64,000 nucleotides of DNA, taken from positions 1 through 64,000 of the forward strand of contig JBBRNJ010000013.1 of NCBI GenBank assembly GCA_038230375.1, given 5' to 3'. The translations under genes and the position numbers were made by a program. This DNA comes from Polyangiales bacterium (GTDB lineage: Bacteria; Myxococcota_A; Polyangia; Polyangiales; Polyangiaceae). The notes below the pieces were generated by a model. That model searched no databases. It was not told the origin of the DNA and saw only the letters and a program-made list of their open reading frames with translations. This document shows, one piece after another, positions 8,857-17,408 of this stretch; positions within the stretch are counted from its first letter, which is position 1, and every line of letters begins with the position of its first letter.

Positions 8857-10293
8857 CTATTGGACGACTTCGCCGATCCACAAGTTCGTTTTGGCCCCGA
8901 GCTTCGACTCGACGAGGAACGTCTCGTGATTTCGCTTGCTGGCGGTGACGACGGTGATCGTCATCTTCACCTTGTCACCGTTCTGCACGTCCGTCTTGTC
9001 GAAGGCGAAGGTGAGCTGCGGCGTCTGGCCACCGAGCCCTGCCTGATCCTGCGCGCTGATCTTCCACGTCCCGCCTGTGGGACCGTCGCTGAACGCGTCG
9101 AGCTCCACGACCGCCGACTTGCCAACGGCGATCTGGACGCCCTTCACCATGACCGACTGGCCGCCGAACGAATACGGCACGTCCGTGGTGAACTTTGGTG
9201 CGGTGTTGAAGTACACGGTGCCGGCCATGGGCGGCTGACAGGGATCGTGGCCAGCCTTCGCGGCCTTGTTCGACCACGAGCGCTGTACCGTGTAGAGCGG
9301 CAGCTCCGGGAACTTCACGAAGTTCGTGTCGTCCTGCGCGCACATGTCGCCGACCTCGCCGCCACCAAGGAAGCTCTGCCAATAGATGTGCGCGTCGTCG
9401 ACGGCGGCGTATGCCGGCGTGTTCGACAGCGGGTACGGATCCGTCGCGGCCTCCACCAGCTCGTGCGCGGTGGTACCGGTGAGCGCGTCCAGGCCGCTCA
9501 GGTTGCCGAACGTCTGGCAGCGCGGCATGACGGCGTACGCAACGTTGCGGAGGTTGTGCGCCATGTCGAGCGTGATGTTGCCGTGGTAGCCGCCGAACGA
9601 GCTGCAGCTCTTCGACACGCGCGGCGGACGACCTGCGTCGCCGCTATCCACGCCTGCGTCCACGTCGCCTGCGTCCACGTCGCTTGCGTCCACGTCGCTT
9701 GCGTCCACATCGCCGGCGTCCACGCCGCCGTCGCCGCCGGTCTGTGGAGTGCCACCCAGGGTGATCGTGATGCCCGCGGGGTAGAAGAGCGCGTAGAGCG
9801 AGTTGTCGTCGGGCGTGCCGAACTTGGGATCGTTCGCGTTCAGCTTCGCGGCGAGCCATGCCTGGATGTCGGTGTCGTCGATCGTGGTCGCTGGATCGTC
9901 CCATGCGTCGAGCTTGATCGGCGCCGTCGCCGTCGCTGGGCCTACGCCGTACTCGGTGTTGATCGCTGCCCAGTACTTGGTGGGACCTACCTTGCTCACG
10001 AAGTCAGTGACCGCGTCGACGGTCGTGGTGTCGTCCTTGGAGAAGAACACCGCCGTGACCTTTGGCGACTTGAGCACGGGGCCGCCGTACGACTGGACCT
10101 GCGGCGGACTCGGCGGGAGGAACGCGGGGTAACCGCTGCCTGCGTCGCCCGCGCCGCCCTCGCCGGTGCTGGGTCCACCTTCGGTACCCGCGTCCGCCTG
10201 GTTGCCGCCGGAGTCGGCAGTGGAACCACAAGCGGCGGCGAGTGAACCGAGTGAGAAGATGGCGACGCAAGCAACGAGCGAAAGTGCACGCAT
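8857..10293 (-). CDS. Lipoprotein with a Phi-1/EXORDIUM-like domain
   Basis: Start MRALSLVAC (ATG 10293), lipobox LAAAC; YGGPVL, GGYH, AHELVEAATDP, EVGDMC, YTVQRSWSN. Confidence 0.6.
   Translation of the reverse strand: MRALSLVACVAIFSLGSLAAACGSTADSGGNQADAGTEGGPSTGEGGAGDAGSGYPAFLPPSPPQVQSYGGPVLKSPKVTAVFFSKDDTTTVDAVTDFVSKVGPTKYWAAINTEYGVGPATATAPIKLDAWDDPATTIDDTDIQAWLAAKLNANDPKFGTPDDNSLYALFYPAGITITLGGTPQTGGDGGVDAGDVDASDVDASDVDAGDVDAGVDSGDAGRPPRVSKSCSSFGGYHGNITLDMAHNLRNVAYAVMPRCQTFGNLSGLDALTGTTAHELVEAATDPYPLSNTPAYAAVDDAHIYWQSFLGGGEVGDMCAQDDTNFVKFPELPLYTVQRSWSNKAAKAGHDPCQPPMAGTVYFNTAPKFTTDVPYSFGGQSVMVKGVQIAVGKSAVVELDAFSDGPTGGTWKISAQDQAGLGGQTPQLTFAFDKTDVQNGDKVKMTITVVTASKRNHETFLVESKLGAKTNLWIGEVVQ
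9647..9727. repeat. Intragenic 15-bp tandem repeat encoding (VDAxD)n
   Basis: tccacgtcgc(c/t)tgcg units, about 5 copies; translates to VDAGDVDASDVDASDVDAGDVDAG. Confidence 0.85.
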
Positions 10294-10471
10294 GAAAGAC
10301 TCCTTGGCCGAAAGCCCGAACTGCGATCGGCGCGGGGATAGAAGCGCTTCGGGCGCATGTGCGATAGTGAAATCCCCCTCAGAGTCAGTGAAAACGCCTC
10401 CGAGCAGGCGCGCAACGCGGCGCTTTCCGCGCACGACGGAAAACGCGGCGCGTTGATGTATCCTGGAGCTG

Positions 10472-11400
10472 ATGCGTTCCGTGGCGAAGCGGCTGGTCGC
10501 GTGGTCCGGAGCAGCGATCCTGACCGGCTGCTCCGCCATCGCCACGTTCGATGGTCTCGTCGGGACGACGCCAGGCGACGTCGGCACCGACGCCGGCGAA
10601 GGTGGTGCAGCCCAGATCGACGGCGGCGTTGCTGCCGCAACCGATGGGAGCAACCCCATGGATGGCGCGACGACGGGCAGCGATGGCAGCACGGGCGGAC
10701 CAGCGTTCTGCGTGAGCGGCGCGAAGAGCGTGCTGCTCTGCGAGGAGTTCGAGTCCGCGGTGCTCGACCCGAACGTGTGGCAATCCCCTCCCAACACGAA
10801 GGGTGCGGGGAGCGTTGGACCCAGCAAAGACACGGCGGTCTCGGGGACGTCGTCGCTGAAGAGCAACGCCAAGCAGCACACCAGCGGCGAGTACTACCAG
10901 GACATCGAGTCCGTGGACTTTCCTGTGTCCTCCGGCGCGTTCTCCACTGCCACCTTTCGACTGGAGGTCGCGTTCATCCTGTCGATGGACCTCGTGTACA
11001 CGAGCGACAACGGCGTGAACGCGACCATGCTCGACATCGGCACCGACAACGGCGGCGATCTCTGGATCTCGTTCGACAAGACCAGCATGCACGCCGGGTT
11101 CAACACATGGACGCTGGGCGATGGCGGCGGAGAGACGGATTTCGACTCCGACCTTGGCATGGCGCCACCGCTAGACGGCTGGCACACGATGCAGATCGAC
11201 GTCACCTTCGGTGACTCGACGGGTTCACCGTCAGCATTGACGGCAAGAAGGTCGGCGGCGGAAGCGGGATGCGCGGCGTGACCTCGAAGGCGTCGGTCGT
11301 GCACCTTTATCTCGGCCTCGATGACAATGGTCACTTCGGCGAGACGAAAGCCTACTTCGACAACGCGCGCATCACGGTGCTCGCTACGCCCATCCCCTGA
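10472..11400 (+). pseudogene. Beta-sandwich lipoprotein with a frameshift near 11221 (pseudogene or sequencing error)
   Basis: Lipobox LTGC; after FGDST the protein-like sequence continues in another frame as GFTVSIDGKKVGGG...HLYLGLDDNGHFGETKAYFDNARITVLATPIP* (TGA at 11398-11400); one extra G in acgggttc restores the frame. Confidence 0.7.
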
Positions 11401-11409
11401 CACCACACT

Positions 11410-13506
11410 TCACGGTGCGCCGCTGAGACCCGTCACGTCACTCGTCACGAGCTTCTGCCGTGCATCCGGGTTTGCCGCTGTCGTGGTGCATGCGTCGAAC
11501 GTGATGTTCTGGACGTGTCGCAGGTAATAGCCCCACGCCGGCAGATCACCGAACATGTTCGACTCCGGATACTGGTTTGGCATCGCCTCTGCCGGCGCGC
11601 CCGGTACCGCGCCGAGGTTCGCGTCATAGGTCATGTCGATGCGGCGAAACGTGAGGTTCGTCAGCGGATACGTGGTCCCGTTGTAGACATGTCCCGTCAC
11701 GAGCGACCCCTGATGCGGTGAGTTGCCCCATGACGCGGTCGTGCCGTGGATGTCGGTGAAGGAGACGTTGGTGATGCTTCCAAGCTTCGGCATGTCGCCG
11801 ATGGGGTGGGTCACGTTCTGCTGCGCGAGGTAGACGAAGAACGCGGCGCCGACGCCGGTGAGCTCGATCCGATTGAACGCCATGCCGTCGATATCGGAGC
11901 CGTGGCGTGACTCCACCGCCATCGCGGCGTACTGCACATCCTTCACCCACGTGTCCTGCAGCGTGACGTTCTTGATCGCTCCGTAGGTCGCCGTGCCTAG
12001 CTTGATGCCATTGGATCCGCCGTTGTTCCCGCTGAACACGGAGTCCTTGACGACCATGCCGTTGATGCCGCGACGCACGCCGCTCTTCAGGCACATCGCG
12101 TCGTCGCCTGCGTTGATCGCGCAGTTCTCCACGGTGACATCCGTGCCGTCAACGATGTCGATGCCGTCGTGCGTGATGCCGTTGCTCTGGAGCTTGATGT
12201 CGTTGATCCGGACATGGTCGGACTCCATGCTCACCAGGCTCCACACGGCGCCCTTGCGTAGATACAGGTTCTGCACGGTGACGTTCGTGGACAGCACCGC
12301 CCAGATCAACATGGGACGCGTGCCCTCGAGGCCCGAGAACGAGTCGCCCTGACCGTCGATCTCGCCGCCGCCGTCGATCGTGAGGTGGTCCGTGTTCGGC
12401 GCATACAGCAGCGCGCGCTGGCAGTTGAGGAGCTGCGTGTTGCCCGTCGCGGGCGTCTGCGCTGGATAGTCCGCCGCGTTCGCGCTGCCCAGGAGCACTG
12501 CGGAGGAGTCGATGAAGAACGTCATGTTGCTCTTCAGCGTGAGCGTGCTGGAGAGGAAGGTGCCGCCCGAGAGCAGCACGGACCCGCCGGTCCCTGTCGC
12601 CGCCGCGATCGCCGCCTGGAGCGCGGCCGTGTCGTTCGTCACTCCGTCGGCCTTGGCGCCATAGTGGCGCGGATCGAAGACGGGCTCTGGCGCCGCGCCG
12701 ATGTAGCCCGCCTCGGTGAAGACCTTCACGTTGTCCACCCACAGCGTGCCCGTGTTGCTGCCATCCAAGAACCAGCTGACGCGCTCGACCGAAGGCGATG
12801 TGGTGCGCAGGGCTGCGGCGTGCAGCTTGCGAACGCCGTCCACGTAGAGATCGAAGACGCCAGCCGCCGTGTCGACCAGGACGCGCACCCGGTACCAGAC
12901 GTTCGCGCCGAATGGCTGGACGACGCTCGTCGCTGCGCCCACGTGCGCCACGATGTTGCCGTCCTGGAAGGCGATCGAAGCCACCGCGTTGCCGCCTGCG
13001 TCGTAGACGTACGGGATGGCCTTGAAGCCCGCGGTCTCCGCCGCCTTCACCTTCGCCTCGAAGACCACGCGGCCGCTCTGCGGTGCGAACGCGATGCCCA
13101 GGCTGGTCGTGCCCGTCGCGTCGGGCTTCACGAGCGCCACGCTCTTGTCGGCGGGGAATGGCACCTCTTGCACACGCGCAGAGCCCGCGGCTGACGAGAC
13201 AACCGACCATGGGCTCGCAGGCGGTGACGCGGTCGCCATGGTGTTGAAGGTCTCGTTCACGACGGTGAGCCCAGTGACGGGGCGCGCGCCCGCGCCTCCT
13301 GCATCCGTCGCAGTTGCAGCGTCCGACGCGGAGAGCTTCGTGCCGGCATCGCTCGCAGTGACACTCGCACCACCATCATGCGCATCTGTGCCAGCGGCGT
13401 TGGCAGGTGAGCCCGCGCCGCATGCAGCGACAAGGAATGTCCAGGCGGCAAGCAGGACGAGCGCGCCCAGGAGCGCGCGTGCGTCACGAACCGGCTTCGT
13501 CCTCAT
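11410..13506 (-). CDS. GH28-family (polygalacturonase-like beta-helix) lipoprotein with an N-terminal lectin-like domain
   Basis: YGAKADGVTNDTAALQAAI, LTLKSNMTF, THDGIDI, GDDAMCLKSG, NGIKLGT; lipobox LVAAC. Confidence 0.85.
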   Translation of the reverse strand: MRTKPVRDARALLGALVLLAAWTFLVAACGAGSPANAAGTDAHDGGASVTASDAGTKLSASDAATATDAGGAGARPVTGLTVVNETFNTMATASPPASPWSVVSSAAGSARVQEVPFPADKSVALVKPDATGTTSLGIAFAPQSGRVVFEAKVKAAETAGFKAIPYVYDAGGNAVASIAFQDGNIVAHVGAATSVVQPFGANVWYRVRVLVDTAAGVFDLYVDGVRKLHAAALRTTSPSVERVSWFLDGSNTGTLWVDNVKVFTEAGYIGAAPEPVFDPRHYGAKADGVTNDTAALQAAIAAATGTGGSVLLSGGTFLSSTLTLKSNMTFFIDSSAVLLGSANAADYPAQTPATGNTQLLNCQRALLYAPNTDHLTIDGGGEIDGQGDSFSGLEGTRPMLIWAVLSTNVTVQNLYLRKGAVWSLVSMESDHVRINDIKLQSNGITHDGIDIVDGTDVTVENCAINAGDDAMCLKSGVRRGINGMVVKDSVFSGNNGGSNGIKLGTATYGAIKNVTLQDTWVKDVQYAAMAVESRHGSDIDGMAFNRIELTGVGAAFFVYLAQQNVTHPIGDMPKLGSITNVSFTDIHGTTASWGNSPHQGSLVTGHVYNGTTYPLTNLTFRRIDMTYDANLGAVPGAPAEAMPNQYPESNMFGDLPAWGYYLRHVQNITFDACTTTAANPDARQKLVTSDVTGLSGAP

Positions 13507-13633
13507 GCGCTGCAACAAGATGATCCCCGGGTAGCATCACAGATGCGGGATCGCCAATGCCAGGACCTCGCGCGCCGGTTCCGCGAAGGTGATTGATGGA
13601 ATCACAAACATCCCCCGCGGCGTGCGTTCCCAC

Positions 13634-14110
13634 TCAGTGGCCCGCGACAAGCCTGCCCGTCGCGGTGGCGTAGCCCCCTTCGGCCTCGTGCGCGGTGCCG
13701 GCGCGGAGCAGGCCGAACTCCGGCATGTTGACGTACACGCTCTCGTAGTCGCCGACGCGCGACCTGTAGGTCTCGTGCCATATGCCGACGTCGCCGTTCG
13801 TACCGACGGCCTTGTTGAACGCGCGCCATGCCGGAAGGTGGGCGTTCGTCTTGCTTCGCGCGTACGCGTGCAGTGCCTCCATGGAGCGCCAGTACGACAC
13901 CATGACGGTGGTGCGACCGAACCACGACTCTGCGCCAAGGAACCCGAGCTCGGGGTGCTCGGCGAGCTCACGCAGCATGCGCGGCATCGCCATGGCGACG
14001 CCGAGCCATGTACGGACCTTCCACCATCGGTTGACGCGCATGCCGATGAGGAAGACGACGAACTCGCCTTCGAGACGAGCGGTGCGGCGTGCCTGGATCG
14101 GATGTGACAT
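13634..14110 (-). CDS. DUF4188-family protein (aldoxime dehydratase-like fold)
   Basis: VVFLIGMRVNRWW, MPRMLREL, YWRSMEAL..YAR, HLPAW..FN, VGIWHETY, YVNMP..GL. Confidence 0.85.
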   Translation of the reverse strand: MSHPIQARRTARLEGEFVVFLIGMRVNRWWKVRTWLGVAMAMPRMLRELAEHPELGFLGAESWFGRTTVMVSYWRSMEALHAYARSKTNAHLPAWRAFNKAVGTNGDVGIWHETYRSRVGDYESVYVNMPEFGLLRAGTAHEAEGGYATATGRLVAGH

Positions 14111-14134
14111 GAAGGGGCTCCTGGAATGTGAATT

Positions 14135-14149
14135 GTTTACAGTGTTAAC
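14135..14149. promoter_or_regulatory. Putative TetR operator 1 (GTTTACAGTGTTAAC)
   Basis: Near-palindrome about 25 bp upstream of the DUF4188 start; matches the site at 14780-14794 at 13 of 15 positions. Confidence 0.7.
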
Positions 14150-14194
14150 TAACGTGGCAAAAAAAAGGAAAACGGCCCACCAGGGCGGCAGAGC

Positions 14195-14779
14195 TCACGG
14201 CGCGAGCCCCTTGAGCAGGCGGCTCGTGGAGTCGCGAAAGAACTTCGCGAACGCCGCGTCGTTGCCGATCGAACCGAGCTGACCGGACAGACGCAGCGAC
14301 GCCAGCCCATGCACGTGCGCCCAGATGGCAACGGCGACCTCGGCCGGGTCCGCCTCCGCGAGTACATTCGCGTCCATGCACTCACGCACGCGATCGACGA
14401 GGAACTGGAACGTCGGGCTCTCGCCCGGTGACGCAGGCGCCCCGCCCATGTCCTCGACCGCCGTCATGAAGATCACGCGGTAGTCACGCGGATGCTCGAG
14501 CGCGAACCGCAGGTACTGATCGCCGGCAGCACGGAGCCGCGCGAGGGGTGTCTTTGCGGCGAGCGCTCGCAGCAAGTAGCTTCCGAACGTGCGAAAGCCC
14601 TCCTGGCAGACGGCGGCGAGCAGGGAATCCTTGTCGTCGAAGTGACGATACACGGCGGGCGCCGAGACCCCGACGCGCCGCGCGACCTCTCGCAGCGAGA
14701 AGTGTGCAGGCCCCCCTTCCAGGTAGACCTCGCGCGCACGCTCCAGGATGCGGTCACGGGTCCGTGGATCGTCGACCAT
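14195..14779 (-). CDS. TetR/AcrR-family regulator with a WHG-type C-terminal domain
   Basis: FSLREVARRVGVSAPAVYRHFDDKDSLL HTH; IWAHVHGLASL. Confidence 0.92.
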   Translation of the reverse strand: MVDDPRTRDRILERAREVYLEGGPAHFSLREVARRVGVSAPAVYRHFDDKDSLLAAVCQEGFRTFGSYLLRALAAKTPLARLRAAGDQYLRFALEHPRDYRVIFMTAVEDMGGAPASPGESPTFQFLVDRVRECMDANVLAEADPAEVAVAIWAHVHGLASLRLSGQLGSIGNDAAFAKFFRDSTSRLLKGLAP

Positions 14780-14794
14780 GTGAACAGTGTTAAC
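14780..14794. promoter_or_regulatory. Putative TetR operator 2 (GTGAACAGTGTTAAC)
   Basis: Directly abuts the TetR ATG; near-palindrome of consensus GTTAACAnTGTTAAC. Confidence 0.7.
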
Positions 14795-14854
14795 CATGTC
14801 ACGATTGACGTCAAGACTGGTGACGAGCCAGAGGAACTGCGATACGCCGATTGG

Positions 14855-15280
14855 ATGAGCGAGCACAAAGGAAGCTGTTTCTGCGGGGCGGTCGAGATCA
14901 CGGTGAGCGGTGAGCCCGCTGCCATGGGGTACTGCCACTGCGAGTCATGCCGGAAATGGTCCGCGGGGCCCGTGAACGCGTTCACCCTGTGGGCGCCGGC
15001 CAACGTCAAGGTCGTGAAGGGAGCCGACCTTCTGGTGGGCCACGCGAAGAATCCCACGAGCGACCGCAAGTGGTGCAAGACGTGCGGCGGCCACGTGCTC
15101 ACGGACCACGCGCCCTGGAGCATGGTCGACGTCTACGCCGCGACGATTCCATCTTTCGCCTTCAAGCCCGCGCTGCACGTCAACTACCAGGAGACCGTGC
15201 TCCACATCAAAGACGGCTTGCCCAAGATGAAGGACATGCCGAAGGAGATGGGCGGCTCTGGCGAAACGCTCCCCGAGTGA
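14855..15280 (+). CDS. GFA/CENP-V family protein
   Basis: GSCFCGAV, YCHCESCRK, RKWCKTCG zinc-binding motifs. Confidence 0.9.
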   Translation: MSEHKGSCFCGAVEITVSGEPAAMGYCHCESCRKWSAGPVNAFTLWAPANVKVVKGADLLVGHAKNPTSDRKWCKTCGGHVLTDHAPWSMVDVYAATIPSFAFKPALHVNYQETVLHIKDGLPKMKDMPKEMGGSGETLPE

Positions 15281-15286
15281 GCATCC

Positions 15287-15523
15287 GTGGCTGGCAACGT
15301 CGTCAACCTGAACCGCTTCAAGAAGAAGAAGCTGCGCGAAGAGAAGGCGAAGCAGGCCGACATCAATCGCGTAAGGCACGGGCGGACGAAGGTAGAGAAG
15401 GAGCGCGAGCTCGCCGATCGTGAGCGCGCCGCACGGGTCCTTGCAGGCAAGCGCCTCGAGCACGAGGACCCACCCGAGGGCGACGGGGCCATCACGACGT
15501 CCGAAGAGCCGCGGGAGAAGTAA
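15287..15523 (+). CDS. DUF4169-family small protein
   Basis: VVNLNRFKKKK.REEK..QAD.NRVRHGRTK.EK. Confidence 0.85.
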   Translation: MAGNVVNLNRFKKKKLREEKAKQADINRVRHGRTKVEKERELADRERAARVLAGKRLEHEDPPEGDGAITTSEEPREK

Positions 15524-15539
15524 CCACTGCGGGGACCAG

Positions 15540-16460
15540 CTACTTCACGGGCGAGGTGGGCGCGCATGTTGATTCGCCTGCGCCCACGATCGAGAACCCG
15601 ATGTTGTCCACGAGCTTCGTGGTGGTGTTGTCGGTCGGGTTGAACTTCCACACCGTTGAGCCGGGCGCCGAGGCCGTCTGCGTGTAGAGATAGAGGGAGC
15701 CGCCCCAGTACGAAGTACCCCACGACCCGCCTGCGGGAATGGGCGGCGTGAGCGACTTCTGGAACGTGGGCGCGGACGAGGTCTTGTCGAGCGTGGCGAT
15801 GAGCCACGACGTGCTCTGCGGGATGAACGAGAAGAGCAGCCCGTCACCGGTGCCGGTGAGATCGCAGCCGCCAGTGAGCGTGATCCCGGGGACGGTGCCG
15901 ATTGGCGTGAGCGCGAGGGTGTCGGTGTCGATCTTCGCGAGCCCCTGCGTCCAGCATGCGTAGAGCGTCTCCTTCGTGGAGCCCGGCGCATCCGCGGAGA
16001 AGCCCATCCCGAACGTCTGGAAGCCGTTTTGCCCGGGCGCGAAGCTCGTGGGCGTGCACGACGCGTCCTTGGTGCTCGCGCGATAGAGCTTGCCGTCCTG
16101 GTAGAGGATCCACGCGGTGCCGTCGCGGGCGACCGACATGGAGAACGGCCCGGTCTGCGCGCCACACGCGAGCTGGCCGATCTTCGAGAATGTCAGCGTG
16201 GGAGGATAGAAGCTGTAGAGCGCCAGTGCGTCGTTGCTGACGACGTAGATCAATTTCGCGGACTCGCTGCAGCCGGCCTGGTTCGAGGTCCCGCCCTCCA
16301 TGCTGCCGCCGTCGCCGCCCAGGAGGCCGCCCGCGCCGCCCTCTCCATCGGACATGCCACCATCGCCCTGATCGCCGCCATCTGCGCCACTGCCACCTGT
16401 CGGGGTGCTACTGCACGCAGCGACGCACACGATGACGAAGGCAAGAGAAGCGCGGCTCAT
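15540..16460 (-). CDS. Myxobacterial lipoprotein, probable beta-propeller
   Basis: Lipobox VAAC, DGG linker, repeated beta-strand units, C-terminal IVGAGESTCAP. Confidence 0.75.
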   Translation of the reverse strand: MSRASLAFVIVCVAACSSTPTGGSGADGGDQGDGGMSDGEGGAGGLLGGDGGSMEGGTSNQAGCSESAKLIYVVSNDALALYSFYPPTLTFSKIGQLACGAQTGPFSMSVARDGTAWILYQDGKLYRASTKDASCTPTSFAPGQNGFQTFGMGFSADAPGSTKETLYACWTQGLAKIDTDTLALTPIGTVPGITLTGGCDLTGTGDGLLFSFIPQSTSWLIATLDKTSSAPTFQKSLTPPIPAGGSWGTSYWGGSLYLYTQTASAPGSTVWKFNPTDNTTTKLVDNIGFSIVGAGESTCAPTSPVK

Positions 16461-16539
16461 GGTGTCAGCGTAGCTGACGTAGGCCCGTAGACCCAGAACT
16501 CGAGCAAGGCAGCGGTCGTCCGAAGCCGCTCGCGGATGG

Positions 16540-16950
16540 TCACGCAGCGCGATCGAGATAGCGGCGCAGGCCTTCCTTCCACGGGTACAGCACCGCGAGC
16601 CCGAGCGACATCCCGATGAGGATGCCGACCGGACCGATGTTCTCCATGTGGTGGTGCCCCTGCCCTTCGTCGATCAAGTGCACGACACCGTGGGCGACGT
16701 TCGCGAAGAGGCAGAGCACCAACGCCGCGAACGACGTGTGCGGTCGCGCTGCCACCAGGACGAAGCCCACTCCGAGGCCAAAATCAGCGCCGTTGTGCAT
16801 GCGCATCAGCGAGATGGTCTCAGGATCCCATGTGTGGTTCATTCCCGTCATGAGCCCCATGGCCGCGCCAGGCGAGAACACGCCGTAGAGCCCGGTCATC
16901 ACCATGGCGATGCCGTTCAGCACGCACACGATTCGAAACACCTTCAGCAT
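16540..16950 (-). CDS. Small four-TM His-rich membrane protein (DUF4345-like)
   Basis: ATG 16950 overlaps the upstream stop; hydrophobic helices; RMHNGAD and AHGVVHLIDEGQGHHHME. Confidence 0.7.
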   Translation of the reverse strand: MLKVFRIVCVLNGIAMVMTGLYGVFSPGAAMGLMTGMNHTWDPETISLMRMHNGADFGLGVGFVLVAARPHTSFAALVLCLFANVAHGVVHLIDEGQGHHHMENIGPVGILIGMSLGLAVLYPWKEGLRRYLDRAA

Positions 16951-17408
16951 CGAAGCCCCTCTTCCTTGTCCTTTTCTTCTGCCCCCAGCATCATCGCGCG
17001 GAGGCTCTCTAGATCGAGCGCGAGCGCGGCCGCATACGAAAGACCGAGCGTGCGACGATACAGATTCACGGCACCGCGATGGCGTTTCCACATCGCCCAC
17101 ACGCGGCGCGGAGCGAGGAGGCCGCCGAGCACCAGCGCGCCCACGCAGAGGAGCGCCACGAGCGCGGACGGAGGGCCGCTGCGAAGCTCGAACGCGCTCA
17201 CCTCGACCTCACCCCAGAACGTGGGGGGAGCGCCGAGCACCACGTGATGAAGATCGTGGACTGGCAGGAATCCCGGGTTCGGAAACGGCAACGCGATGGG
17301 ACCAAGCCTGACCAGGAGCACGCGGCTCTTGTACCCGCGCCGATCCATGCGGTGCGCCGCCAGAAACTCCGCGAGCGCCTGAGCCACCGTCTGTGCAGAG
17401 GCCGTCAT
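16944..17408 (-). CDS. Coq4-like putative metal-binding protein
   Basis: HDLHHVVLGAPPTFWGEVEVSAFEL resembles the Coq4 HDxxH-x11-E motif; ATGA overlap with the upstream gene. Confidence 0.65.
   Translation of the reverse strand: MTASAQTVAQALAEFLAAHRMDRRGYKSRVLLVRLGPIALPFPNPGFLPVHDLHHVVLGAPPTFWGEVEVSAFELRSGPPSALVALLCVGALVLGGLLAPRRVWAMWKRHRGAVNLYRRTLGLSYAAALALDLESLRAMMLGAEEKDKEEGLRC

Noticed and set aside
13537..13611. Short minus-strand frame MFVIPSITFAEPAREVLALAIPHL, a possible gene remnant
   Set aside because: Too short to support any family assignment by eye
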